Of a DNA stretch of 64,000 nt, positions 26,131 to 35,443 are shown in pieces. Below the pieces are notes generated by a model. That model ran no database searches. It was not told the DNA's origin and saw only the letters and a list, made by a program, of their open reading frames with translations. Made by a program: the position numbers and the translations under genes. Source of the DNA: an uncultured Acidimicrobiia bacterium (GTDB lineage: Bacteria; Acidobacteriota; Terriglobia; Versatilivoradales; Versatilivoraceae); assembly GCA_963786955.1 (NCBI GenBank), contig CAWBAT010000004.1, positions 96,001 to 160,000 of the forward strand. Direction: 5' to 3'. Numbering within the stretch: position 1 is the first letter of the stretch; each line of letters opens with the position of its first letter.

Positions 26131-26835
26131 ATGACGACGCCGACAGCCGATAGCCAATCTCGATCACTACCGCATCATGTGGCCATCATCGGCGCCGCAG
26201 GTGGTCTCGGCCAGGGAATACTCGGCGTGTGCCGAGCAGCAGGAATGAGTTTCACTGCCATCGTCCGTTCTCGGCCGGAACGCATAACCGACGTGCCGGG
26301 CGGATCTCGCGTTGCTGTTGTCCAGTCTCTCGGCGATCGCCCCGCCCTCATGAAGGCATTCGCCGGTGCAGATGCCGTTCTCACCGCACTCGGAGTTACG
26401 GCAACGACCCATGAGCATTCCGCCTTGCTCTCAGCGAACATGGCCGCGGTTGAGGAGTCAATGTTGGCTGCAGGCGTCGACCGCATCGTCATGATCAACA
26501 CGTTGCTCACTTCACTACCAGGGCAACCTGCAAGCCGGCTCATGCGCTTCTTCATGTTGATGCCTGGGACAATGGGCCGCGGAGCTCGTGAACAGCAAGC
26601 GGTAATAGATGCGCTCGGTAACGGGGCGTTCTCATCGCTTCGCTGGACCCTCGTCCGCGGCGGCCTGAACTCTCGCGGCAAGGATGAGCGTCCCGTGGCT
26701 TCGGCGAACTGGAACGGCGCTCTAAACTCCTGGTCACCCGTTTCGTATGAGGCCATGGGCCGATGGATGCTTGAGGAGGCAGCGGCCAATGAGTTCGTCC
26801 GCGCAGCACCGCTGGTGTCACGGCGTCGCATGTGA
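26131..26835 (+). CDS. Cassette 9: NAD(P)H-binding Rossmann protein (BVR-B/NmrA-like)
   Basis: AIIGAAGGLG, AIVRSRPE, AFAGADAV, WTLVR. Confidence 0.82.
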   Translation: MTTPTADSQSRSLPHHVAIIGAAGGLGQGILGVCRAAGMSFTAIVRSRPERITDVPGGSRVAVVQSLGDRPALMKAFAGADAVLTALGVTATTHEHSALLSANMAAVEESMLAAGVDRIVMINTLLTSLPGQPASRLMRFFMLMPGTMGRGAREQQAVIDALGNGAFSSLRWTLVRGGLNSRGKDERPVASANWNGALNSWSPVSYEAMGRWMLEEAAANEFVRAAPLVSRRRM

Positions 26836-26851
26836 ACGTTGCCAACGAGCG

Positions 26852-26885
26852 GTCTAACAACGGCATGCAGCGGCCGGCGCTCGCA
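26852..26885 (+). other. attC left half, interrupted
   Basis: AGCGGTCTAAC complementary to GTTAGACCGCT, followed by AACGGCATGCAGCGG; no matching right arm. Confidence 0.7.
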
Positions 26886-27067
26886 CCGTCGAGAGCATTC
26901 TCCGAACAAGGCGGATAGACTTTGGGTCAAGCGTTGAGCTTCGAATAGAAGGGGGCGCGCCGTTACGCACTCCAAGAGAGATTTGCATGTGCGTCACCAA
27001 GAAGAACGTCACGATCAACACAGTGCATGGCGAGCCGCGCGTCAGAACGCAACGGAGGTCCCACCAA

Positions 27068-28261
27068 ATGGAACGAATGGCAGCAGTTCTCACGTTGTTG
27101 TGCAGTGCGATCGTGTCCACCGCCCATGCGCAGACGGGCTGGCTTCCACGCACGGTCGAGATGGGCCCGTATCTCACCGGCGAGAACCGGGCGGCCGCGC
27201 TCGCGCGGCTTCAGAGCATCGAGCGGCTGCTCAAGCAGGTACCGGAGCTCGCGCACCCCGATGGCTTCGAGGTCACGCCGTTCTTCGGGGGTGCCGGCAA
27301 AAGTCGGGAGGGGTTGGGCCACTCTGAGCACGCCGATTATGTCATCCCGTACCAATACCGGCTTTCGTTCTTCTACCCGAGCTTTGCAGCGAACAAGGCA
27401 GCGTTCAAGCCCGCGAGCGGTCAAATCATTTTCGCGGTCAACAGCGACGAGAACATGCATGGCGAGCTCGACCCGCAGGGCCGAGTAATATTCGTCGAGC
27501 AGCAGGGGCGTTGGCCACGCACACCCTTCTCGATCGTGACCTACGGCACGTCCGCGAGCGGCCACCTGCAACCCAACGAAGACTTCTCGCTCTGGACCTG
27601 GTTTACGCCAGGTGCCGAGTTCCCGTGGCACGCCGTGTCACGCGAGGACTATTACAACTATTTGATCGCCAGCGCCGAGGGGAACAATGGCGAGCGGCGC
27701 GCGCAGTACCAGAAGGTGCTTGAAAAGACCCCGTACGAGCGTTGGCTGGAAGAGGCGCCGCGGCGGAAGAAGGAGCGCGAAGAAACGTTGAAGGTACTCG
27801 CGCAAGTCCAGCCTGCCGCCGAAGTCGCCAAGCTGCGCAAGGCGATGGAGGATGCCGAGCGCGACGCCGGAGAACAGTTCAAGAAGAACGAAAACGAAGA
27901 CCGCGCAAGCGCCAGGACGGCGTTCAGGTCCACCGACGACATGCGCGCCGAGCTGAATCGCATGACGCCGGCGGAGCGAAAGCTGCCGGCAATCCTAGAT
28001 ACCGATCCTGCCCGGACCGAATGGCGCGTCACCGGAGCGAGCATACGCGACCGCGATACCGTCACAAACACGGTGAGCCGGGTCCTGACGCCGAACTACG
28101 ACTTCTGGCGCGCACGGAAATCGCTGGTCGAAGTGCGCACGATTAACGTGTATCTGGAAGGTTCGCCCGACCCGCCGGTACTCAACGCGATCTATCAGAT
28201 GTACCAGAAGTTCGATTGGCGCGCGCTCGCGGCGCTCATCGATCAGCCAACCAGAGAATAA
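27068..28261 (+). CDS. Secreted hypothetical protein with coiled-coil region
   Basis: Signal peptide (..STAHAQ), long GC-rich ORF; no attC after it. Confidence 0.7.
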   Translation: MERMAAVLTLLCSAIVSTAHAQTGWLPRTVEMGPYLTGENRAAALARLQSIERLLKQVPELAHPDGFEVTPFFGGAGKSREGLGHSEHADYVIPYQYRLSFFYPSFAANKAAFKPASGQIIFAVNSDENMHGELDPQGRVIFVEQQGRWPRTPFSIVTYGTSASGHLQPNEDFSLWTWFTPGAEFPWHAVSREDYYNYLIASAEGNNGERRAQYQKVLEKTPYERWLEEAPRRKKEREETLKVLAQVQPAAEVAKLRKAMEDAERDAGEQFKKNENEDRASARTAFRSTDDMRAELNRMTPAERKLPAILDTDPARTEWRVTGASIRDRDTVTNTVSRVLTPNYDFWRARKSLVEVRTINVYLEGSPDPPVLNAIYQMYQKFDWRALAALIDQPTRE

Positions 28262-28411
28262 GCCGACGTAGCCGTCGTCTCGCTCAACCCGGGCATCGGC
28301 GCCACTCGGCGATCTTCTCGATGTTCAACGAGAAAATTGAACTGGGCAGCGATCACACACCCATTGGACGATCCTCGATAGCCCCCGTAAAAGGGCGCTT
28401 CGAACGCCAGC

Positions 28412-29514
28412 CTACTTCTTAATGAACTCGACGCGGCGATTATTGGCTTTGCCTGCGGGACTGTCGTTCTTGTCGACGGGTTGCGTCGCGCCTTTGCCAT
28501 CGGCTTCCATACGATCGGCATTGATACCGAATTCCCGCGCGAGCGCCGCCTTCACCGACGCGGCCCGCCGCCTCGACAAATCCATGTTCGCAGCGGCGTC
28601 GCCGTCCGAGTCGGTGTGACCGACGATCAGAATTCTCAGGGCTGCATTGTCCATAAGAACGCCGGCAATCTCCTTCAGCGCGCCGAAAGATTCGCCTTTG
28701 ACCTTGTCGCTGTTCACGTCGAACAGAATGCCGCGCGTCACCCACTTGCCTTCAGTCAGCAGCTTGTTCCGAGTGTCGGCAGCACCCGCGGCGACGCGGA
28801 GGTTCCCGAGGTAGTACTCACAGTTGCCACATCCACCACGGATGTAGAAAACCAGCGAGTTGAGTTTCGCCGACGCGGAGACCGCGCGCGGAAGGTCCCA
28901 CACCTTTTCTTCGTTCATGTAGACGCGAACCCGCTGCCTTTGCCGCCACAGCGCAACGTGTACAATCTTGCCGTTCACCGCGAGCTGGTTCGTCTTCACT
29001 GAATTGGACGTGCCGTCGACGCCATCCTGTCGCGTCGTCGTAGTGGACGTACCCAGAGACTCGTCGCCACCACCGGCGCCTGGGAATGCCGTCACGGCCA
29101 TGGTGTTTGGGCTGCTCTCCCAGTCCGCGACTCTCTTCCGGTCCGCGAGTTCAACCAGCGCGATCTCGAGCGGAAATCCTCCGGAAAAGCCGGGGGGCGA
29201 CAAGAGGTCCAGCTCCACCGTCACGTTATCGGGCAGCGCCGTGATGAATTCCGGCGTGAAGACCCCCCCTTCGTCAGCTTAAGCCATCGCCCGTTTTGTC
29301 CCGAAAGTGTCACGATTTCGCCAGAAGCGTCGGTGTTCCACTTCCCTGGGAAATCCCCGATGGCGTCGTGAGTGAAGTCTTCGATGGCAACGATCTTCTC
29401 ACCGGAGACGAAATCGAATTTGCTGTACGCCCGAAACGATGGACTAGTGGCATCCTGTGCCGATGCCGAAGCGGATACAAGAAGAAGGGCGAGGGACGCG
29501 AGACGACACCTCAT
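28412..29514 (-). pseudogene. OmpA-family protein, frameshifted in a G7 tract (29263-29269)
   Basis: Signal peptide plus SKFDFVSGEK..DF....IGDFPGKW N-terminal part; C-terminal GHTD..G...N..LS.RRA..V..NRRVEF OmpA domain; one extra G joins the two ORFs. Confidence 0.8.
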
Positions 29515-29802
29515 GAGGTACTCCTTTCAATGTATGGCCCAGTCCTCCCAGGACGTTCTGCGAGTGGGGCCGAACGTTGCCACACCAGTCGACATTACGA
29601 CAAAACGGCGAACTTTACAGCGCTTGCTCCGGGCGCTCACGCCCATTTCCATTGAAAACCAATGTCACGTGAGGGCACACGTTAAACACCGAGTCGCAAC
29701 CCCCACGACGAGCGGAAGAAGGTGCAAGCGCTCACTGGCGGGGATGGAGCGGAGCGAATCTAACGCAACAAAAACACAAACCAACAAAACACATATACAT
29801 AA

Positions 29803-30087
29803 ATGAAAAATACCATCATCACAGTCTTTAGTCTAGCGACAATGGATACTCAGAAATACAACCAAGCCATCCGTGATTTGGAGGCCTCAGGTCAGGGAAA
29901 ACCATCGGGGCGGCTGTACCATGTTGCCGCCCGCCAGGAAGATGGAAGTATTATTGTGACGGATATTTGGGAATCGGCCGCGTTTTTTGAAGACTTGGGC
30001 AAGACATGGATACTGATTCTGAACAAAGCCGGAGTGACGCCCGTCGAACCCAAGGTTTATTCTGTCCACAATGTGATCAAAGGATAA
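29803..30087 (+). CDS. Small hypothetical protein (dimeric alpha/beta barrel-like)
   Basis: GRLYHVA....G.I.VTDIWES...F; lower GC; GTTAAAC at 29681 upstream. Confidence 0.65.
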   Translation: MKNTIITVFSLATMDTQKYNQAIRDLEASGQGKPSGRLYHVAARQEDGSIIVTDIWESAAFFEDLGKTWILILNKAGVTPVEPKVYSVHNVIKG

Positions 30088-30109
30088 AACCTGCGGCGAC
30101 GAACGGAGG

Positions 30110-30232
30110 GAAGTAGCTGATTTACTTGAAGATTTTTGCAGGAAGGGACAGAATTATGACCTTAAAGGGCACTTTTAGGGCCCGAAAACGTACCTTCGAG
30201 ATACCGAAGCCCTTTTGGATATTGCTTGCAAA
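30110..30232 (+). repeat. Dispersed 123-bp repeat, copy 1
   Basis: Colinear with 39983-40106 (GAAGTAGCTGATT..TTATG.CCTTAA..GGCCCGAAAAC.TACCTTC.AGA..CTTTTGG). Confidence 0.75.
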
Positions 30233-30264
30233 TGGTGATGATCTACAATCTCAATCAATCGAAA

Positions 30265-30327
30265 GCCTAACCCGCGCTTCCCCCCGACCGCCAAAAAGCG
30301 CGGCGGGCAAAGCGCAATTCGTTGGGC
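30265..30327 (+). other. attC site (63 bp), near-copy of attC 4
   Basis: GCCTAACCCGCG..CCGACCGCCAAAAAGCGCGGCGGG..AAGCGCAATTC-GTTGGGC. Confidence 0.9.
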
Positions 30328-30369
30328 GAGTATATAACTCATTAGAGGTGATGGGTCTTGAAACGTTCA

Positions 30370-30988
30370 ATGCGAATCATACTTGCAGCAGCTTTCATAA
30401 TCATTGGAGCGATGGATGCCATGGCGATCGAAGAGGCTACGTACAAGGTGGTGAAAAAGGACGACAAGTTCGAGATCCGCGATTATGCCCCCCACATCGC
30501 TCGCCGAAACCGTCGTGGAAGGAGATCTTGAAGAGGCTGGAAACAAGGCATTCAACAGGCTCTTTCGCTACATCTCCGGCGACAACCGGTCGCGCAACAA
30601 AGTGGCGATGACGGCCCCCGTATCCCAAGAGCCAACGGGGGAGAAGATCAAGATGACGGCGCCCGTAGGACAGCAGCGTGTCCAGGAAAGGTGGGCTGTC
30701 AGTTTCATGATGCCAGCCTCGTACACTCTGGAAACCCTTCCAGAGCCGGAGGACCCACAGGTCACGTTGCGTCAGGTGCCAGCGCGTCGGATGGCCGCGG
30801 TGCGCTACTCCGGTTTCTGGAGCGAAAAGAACTACCTTCGATACAGGATGGAGTTGGAGTCGTGGATTCATGAAAGGGGCCTTACCATTGTGGGCGATCC
30901 CGTATGGGCCCGCTACAATCCTCCCTTTACCCCGTGGTTTTTTCGGCGGAACGAGATTCTGATCCCGGTAGATGAAGGCGCTGACTAA
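30370..30988 (+). pseudogene. Cassette: SOUL heme-binding family protein with +1 frameshift near 30499
   Basis: MRIILAA..AIEEATYKVVKKDDKFEIRDYAPHI / LAETVV..AFNRLFRYISG..MTAPV..ARYNPPFTPWF.RRNE. Confidence 0.82.
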
Positions 30989-30994
30989 GAGAGA

Positions 30995-31065
30995 GCCCAA
31001 CAACCGCATCGAGCACTACGTCGTGCCCGCGACGGGCCCGACAAGGCTCATGCGTGACGTTGGGC
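30995..31065 (+). other. attC site (71 bp)
   Basis: GCCCAAC...GTTGGGC. Confidence 0.88.
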
Positions 31066-31097
31066 GTTACCGGTGCTAGACCTCAAACGGTGATCGA

Positions 31098-31634
31098 ATG
31101 AATACTTACATAGCCCTTTTCCGAGGTATCAACGTTGGTGGCAATAACTCTTTGCCGATGAAAAAACTTGTTACCATTCTGGAAGGCATTGGCGCACGAA
31201 AGGTCAAAACATATATTCAAAGCGGCAATGCTGTATTCCAGAGCGCAGAAAAGAACCCTTTACAACTCTCCAAACATCTAGCCGCTGAAATCAAGAAGCG
31301 CCATGGTTTCGAACCCTACATCCTCATTCTCGGACTCGAAGCAATAGAGAAAGCAATTGCGGAAAACCCTTTTCCAGAAGCTGAAACTGACCCCAGCAGT
31401 TTGCATCTTGGCTTTCTCGGCTCCAGCCCCAAGAGCCCTGATCTAGAGAAACTCTTCAGCCTGAAGAAGGAGAGCGAACGGTTTCATCTGAGCGATGGCG
31501 TGTTTTATCTACATGCGCCTGAAGGAGTGGGTAGATCAAAGCTCGCAGCAAGTACCGAGAAACTATTGGGTGTGCCGATGACAGATCGCAATTGGAGAAC
31601 TGTTTGTAAAGTCATGGAAATGGTGAGAAAGTGA
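31098..31634 (+). CDS. Cassette: DUF1697 family protein
   Basis: YIALFRGINVGG, V.TYIQSGN.VF, T.RNWRTV. Confidence 0.9.
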   Translation: MNTYIALFRGINVGGNNSLPMKKLVTILEGIGARKVKTYIQSGNAVFQSAEKNPLQLSKHLAAEIKKRHGFEPYILILGLEAIEKAIAENPFPEAETDPSSLHLGFLGSSPKSPDLEKLFSLKKESERFHLSDGVFYLHAPEGVGRSKLAASTEKLLGVPMTDRNWRTVCKVMEMVRK

Positions 31635-31642
31635 ATGGTTAC

Positions 31643-31724
31643 GCCCAACCCATCATTCCACCGGACCGGCCACAAGCGGCGCGTCGCACCGGTCGCGTCC
31701 GTCCGGTGAATTCAAACCTTCGGC
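31643..31724 (+). other. attC site (82 bp) with mutated R' (CTTCGGC)
   Basis: GCCCAAC..TTCCACCGGAC..GTCCGGTGAA; invariant GTT reads CTT. Confidence 0.8.
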
Positions 31725-31749
31725 GTCTTACCCTAAGAGGACAGTACCC

Positions 31750-32310
31750 TTGAATCACGTGACCCAAGAAGTGCTCGCCGCTGGCCTGGCCTCGATCCGG
31801 GAGTCGCCCAAAGACGAGGGAGTGCTCAACCTCATCGTGCGACGACCGGCGGTCGAAGCCCGCGAGGTACTCCAACTCGGACAGCTGGATCTAGTGACTG
31901 GCCTCGTCGGCGACACGTGGTGCACGCGGGGAAGCTCCCGTACCAATGATGGCACCCCCCATCCGGACATGCAGCTGAACCTGATGAACAGCCGCGTCAT
32001 TGCCTTGTTGGCCAGTCATTTAGAGCAGTGGCCCCTGGCGGGCGATCAACTCTATGTCGACCTGGATCTGAGCGTAGCCAACTTGCCAGCGTGGACGCAA
32101 TTAGAGATCGGGACGGCTGTTATCGCTGTAACGGACCAACCGCACACCGGCTGCAAGAAGTTTGCCGCGCGGTTCGGCCTCGACGCACTGGCGTTCATAT
32201 CGTCACCCGAAGGTCGATCCTTGAACCTGCGGGGAATCAATGCACGCGTGGTCCGCCCGGGGGTTGTCCGTGTGGGCGATGTCGTGCGCAAGATTGGCAG
32301 AGCTGATTAA
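31750..32310 (+). CDS. Cassette: MOSC domain protein
   Basis: GL.GD, LAGDQLYVD, PHTGC.KF..RFG, RGINARV. Confidence 0.85.
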   Translation: MNHVTQEVLAAGLASIRESPKDEGVLNLIVRRPAVEAREVLQLGQLDLVTGLVGDTWCTRGSSRTNDGTPHPDMQLNLMNSRVIALLASHLEQWPLAGDQLYVDLDLSVANLPAWTQLEIGTAVIAVTDQPHTGCKKFAARFGLDALAFISSPEGRSLNLRGINARVVRPGVVRVGDVVRKIGRAD

Positions 32311-32333
32311 TGGCTGGGGCTAATTACAGCGAC

Positions 32334-32396
32334 GCCGTACCACCCGTTGCAGACGACGCGTAAGAAACAGGGCACGCCTGACCTGGAACGATCGGC
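32334..32396 (+). other. Degenerate attC (63 bp)
   Basis: GACGCCGTAC...GATCGGC; both core sites one base off; resembles the attC at 24913. Confidence 0.6.
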
Positions 32397-32478
32397 GTAC
32401 GACCTAGCGGCGCGAGCCTCATCGAAGCTTGTGCTTACAACTTACACCGGAGTATTCCGCAGCAAACGGATTGCAGCT

Positions 32479-33021
32479 ATGAGATTCACTCGCAGAGACG
32501 CGGTCATCCAGGATTTGCCGCAGATTGTCGAGATCTACAACCTCGCGGTCGTGACTCGCGAAAGCAGTTGTGATCTCGATCCGATAACCGTAGCCGCACG
32601 CGAGCACTGGTTCGTGACGCATAGCGGTAGTCGTCGCCCGATATGGGTCGCGGAGGATCGCGATGCCCCCGGCCGCGGAGTTGTTGGGTACTTGGGGTTC
32701 TTTTACTTCATGAACGAGCGCCCGGGCTATTACATCACGTCAGATTTGGCGATCTATCTGCATCCTGACTATCAAGGGAAGCGCCTCGGTACGTACCTGC
32801 TACGAGAGGCCATCCGGGAAGCGCCGGCGCTCGGTATTGAAGTGCTTGCCGTGACGATATTTGCATCGAACCAGCCCAGTCTTCGCCTTTTCGAGCATCA
32901 CGGATTTGAGCGTTGGGGGTTTATGCCCCGTGTCGCGCGGCTTGGAGACATCGAACGCGACCTTGTGATGATGGGGCGAAGATTGGCCCCTCAACCGGTT
33001 GCAGCGGACCATGATGGATGA
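32479..33021 (+). CDS. Cassette: GNAT acetyltransferase (YncA/phosphinothricin acetyltransferase-like)
   Basis: DLPQIVEIYN, IYLHPDYQGKRLG, N.PSL.LF...GF..WG. Confidence 0.87.
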   Translation: MRFTRRDAVIQDLPQIVEIYNLAVVTRESSCDLDPITVAAREHWFVTHSGSRRPIWVAEDRDAPGRGVVGYLGFFYFMNERPGYYITSDLAIYLHPDYQGKRLGTYLLREAIREAPALGIEVLAVTIFASNQPSLRLFEHHGFERWGFMPRVARLGDIERDLVMMGRRLAPQPVAADHDG

Positions 33022-33072
33022 CGTGCCAAGGCACATGCGGCAGTGCACGGCCGTTCGACCGGAGCGTTAGAC
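32986..33072 (+). other. attC with degenerate R'' (gene reads into it)
   Basis: AACCGGTTGCAGCGGACC...GGCCGTTCGACCGGAGC-GTTAGAC. Confidence 0.65.
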
Positions 33073-33097
33073 GGAATCAATACCGAAGGAGCAAATC

Positions 33098-33466
33098 ATG
33101 ATCGAACACACCCTCGACACTGCGCAGTCCATTTTGTACGTGCGACCAAAGTCCGCTCTCGAGCAAGGCGACTTTGTGGAACTCGCGAAATCGGTCGACC
33201 CACACATTCGAGAGACCGGAGATCTCGCGGGTCTAATCATCGAAGCCCCTACATTCCCCGGATGGGAAGGCCTCGGAGCCATGGCGGCCCACTTCCGTTT
33301 CGTGCGAGATCACCAGAAGCACATCAAGAAGATTGCCCTCGTAACCGATTCCGCCCTGGGAAATGTCGCCGAGCATTTGGCGTCACACTTTGTGTCTGCC
33401 GAGATCAGACATTTCTCTGCGGGGGAACTTGAGGCTGCAAAACAATGGGTCATGAAGCGCCCGTGA
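33098..33466 (+). CDS. Cassette: SpoIIAA-like (STAS/SEC14) protein
   Basis: FPGWE...A...H..FVRDH...IKKIALV.D, IRHF...E...A..W. Confidence 0.85.
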   Translation: MIEHTLDTAQSILYVRPKSALEQGDFVELAKSVDPHIRETGDLAGLIIEAPTFPGWEGLGAMAAHFRFVRDHQKHIKKIALVTDSALGNVAEHLASHFVSAEIRHFSAGELEAAKQWVMKRP

Positions 33467-33469
33467 CTC

Positions 33470-33490
33470 GTATAACATGGCGCTCCACCC
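33470..33490 (+). other. attC left-half remnant
   Basis: CGTATAACATGGCGCTCCACCC directly after the stop; right arm missing. Confidence 0.5.
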
Positions 33491-33962
33491 ATTAAGCAAT
33501 AACTTAGCTACAGAGAGAATGGCCTCCTTTGACCCGATGGAAGCTTTTTATTGTCTGCATAATTTCCGCTCAACCCTTCGGTTGTGCTACTCTCGATCCA
33601 AAGACGGTGTGCGTCGAAGGGACCTACTCCTAAGTTCGTTGGAAACCCGTTTACTGGGTACAGCCTTTTATCGAAACCAAGAGGTGTTGGCCCATGTTCC
33701 ACCTGGCCGGTACATTCTCATAAGATCGGGAAAGAATGTGGAAGCAATTCGTTTCTTCGACATACAGGCTGCACTAAGTGAAGGGGACATGTGTGGTTGT
33801 GCAAGCTATGATGTTTATGAAGTACAGGCGGCAAGAGCCACGACACAGACGGCGGCGCCAAAACATAGAGGGCAAGTTTCAGAATTTAATCTCAGAGGTT
33901 TTCATCCCTTTGCATACCAGCCTGGGCACACCAAACTTGAAGGTACATTGAGCGGGGCTTAA
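33477..33962 (+). CDS. Hypothetical, possibly 5'-truncated cassette ORF
   Basis: Open frame ending 12 bp before an attC-like remnant; no family recognised. Confidence 0.35.
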   Translation: MALHPLSNNLATERMASFDPMEAFYCLHNFRSTLRLCYSRSKDGVRRRDLLLSSLETRLLGTAFYRNQEVLAHVPPGRYILIRSGKNVEAIRFFDIQAALSEGDMCGCASYDVYEVQAARATTQTAAPKHRGQVSEFNLRGFHPFAYQPGHTKLEGTLSGA

Positions 33963-33974
33963 TACGAATATCCA

Positions 33975-33993
33975 ACCCAACTTGTCGTTGGGA
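33975..33993 (+). other. Collapsed attC (R''-5 bp-R')
   Basis: ACCCAAC-TTGTC-GTTGGGA. Confidence 0.5.
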
Positions 33994-34239
33994 AGGAGAG
34001 TGAACTCGCAATAACAGCATGGACTTCGATTGACCACGTCGATCCGACGCACCCGAAGCTGAAGTGGTTTAGTTACCGGGATGGAACTCTGAACCGGCAC
34101 ACCTTTAACTTCTCATTAACTGATTTACCTTGAGTCCCTTGTTTTACGCGAAAGGAATCGCGATGGTACCGTTTGAGCGGCGGTGGACGCCATGAATTTT
34201 TACCCTAGGCTGTCAGGAACGAAATAGGAGACAGCGACA

Positions 34240-34644
34240 ATGCCTTCCAATTTGGATGATTTTGCGAAACGTTATGCCAAAGCCTGGTGCAGCCAGAGTC
34301 CGGAAAGCGTCACTTCGTTCTTCGCGGAAAACGGTTCGCTCAGCGTTAACGATGCGGCTCCTGCCGTGGGAAGAGCAGCCATCACCGAGGTGGCAAAGGG
34401 TTTCATGACGGCTTTTCCGGATCTGGTCGTGACAATGGATCACTTGATCGAGAAACCACAAGCAGTCGAGTTTCATTGGACGCTAACAGGGACAAACTCC
34501 GGGCCGGGTGGAACCGGCAAACGGGTCCGAATCAGCGGATTCGAGGAATGGCAGATCGACGCGGGCGGTCTCGTCGCCAAGTCTAGGGGCTATTTCGACG
34601 CCGATGAATACGAGAGCCAGCGTGAGCACGGAGTGGTCTGCTAG
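34240..34644 (+). CDS. SnoaL-like/ester cyclase family protein
   Basis: AFPDL.V.MD, HWTLTGTN.GPGGTGKRVRISG.E.W. Confidence 0.85.
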   Translation: MPSNLDDFAKRYAKAWCSQSPESVTSFFAENGSLSVNDAAPAVGRAAITEVAKGFMTAFPDLVVTMDHLIEKPQAVEFHWTLTGTNSGPGGTGKRVRISGFEEWQIDAGGLVAKSRGYFDADEYESQREHGVVC

Positions 34645-34775
34645 CCAAGGGTTGCCAGTTCCCCAATCTACCTTGAGGCCTTCCGGGTTGAAACAGCTTT
34701 TCGAATCCGTTGTTCCTCGGAAGGCGCCGTGCCGTTGAATCTCCGATTGATTATTGAAACCAGAAAGGAGCAAAC

Positions 34776-35276
34776 ATGAACAGGTTCTTTAGGTATAAGA
34801 GTCTGCAGAGTCTGAGGTCTATTCTCACCGCGGGTGGCGCGATCGTGTTACTTTTCTCAGCTTCTTACGTACTGGCAGCCGACCCCGACGCGATGGCGAA
34901 GGCGTTGACGCGCCTTGATGACGACTGGTCGAAGGCTGCGGTGGCGAAGGACGTGGACCGCGTGGCGTCGTTCTACGCTGAGAATGCGATTGCATATCCA
35001 CCGAATGAGCCCATGGCTATCGGGCGAACCGCTGCGAAGAAGGTTTGGGCATCGTATTTCGCCGACCCGACCTTCTCAATCTCCTGGAAGACAGTCCACG
35101 CGGGAGTGTCGACGAGCGGCGATCTCGGCTTCACAGCCGGCACCTACGAAGACTCGTTCAAGGGACCCGACGGTAAGCTTGTCAAAGAGAAGGGAAAGTA
35201 CTTGTGCACCTGGAGGAAGGAGAAGGACGGGACCTGGAAGGCTATCCACGACATCTGGAACCTGGATTCCAAGTAG
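34776..35276 (+). CDS. Secreted DUF4440/YybH-family protein
   Basis: Signal peptide; SGDLGFTAGTY, GKYLC.WRK..DGTWK. Confidence 0.85.
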   Translation: MNRFFRYKSLQSLRSILTAGGAIVLLFSASYVLAADPDAMAKALTRLDDDWSKAAVAKDVDRVASFYAENAIAYPPNEPMAIGRTAAKKVWASYFADPTFSISWKTVHAGVSTSGDLGFTAGTYEDSFKGPDGKLVKEKGKYLCTWRKEKDGTWKAIHDIWNLDSK

Positions 35277-35338
35277 CAGCGTCACTATCCCGCATCGGTC
35301 GGCCCGCATTGCGCCCGGCAAGGCAAAGGTGTGCGTCG

Positions 35339-35398
35339 GCATAACCTTCGCCAGCAACTGACGGCCTTCAGCCGCGGTTCAAGCGCAATCCTTCAGGC
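35339..35398 (+). other. Degenerate attC
   Basis: GCATAAC...AAGCGCAATC-CTTCAGGC (R' decayed). Confidence 0.5.
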
Positions 35399-35443
35399 GC
35401 CGTGGAATCGAGTCAGGCTGGCAATGACCATTGGAGATAAGAG

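Noticed and set aside
21849-33072. Regularly recurring palindromes as a CRISPR array
   Set aside because: Units differ in length and sequence and are separated by whole genes; they fit attC sites, and no cas genes are present.
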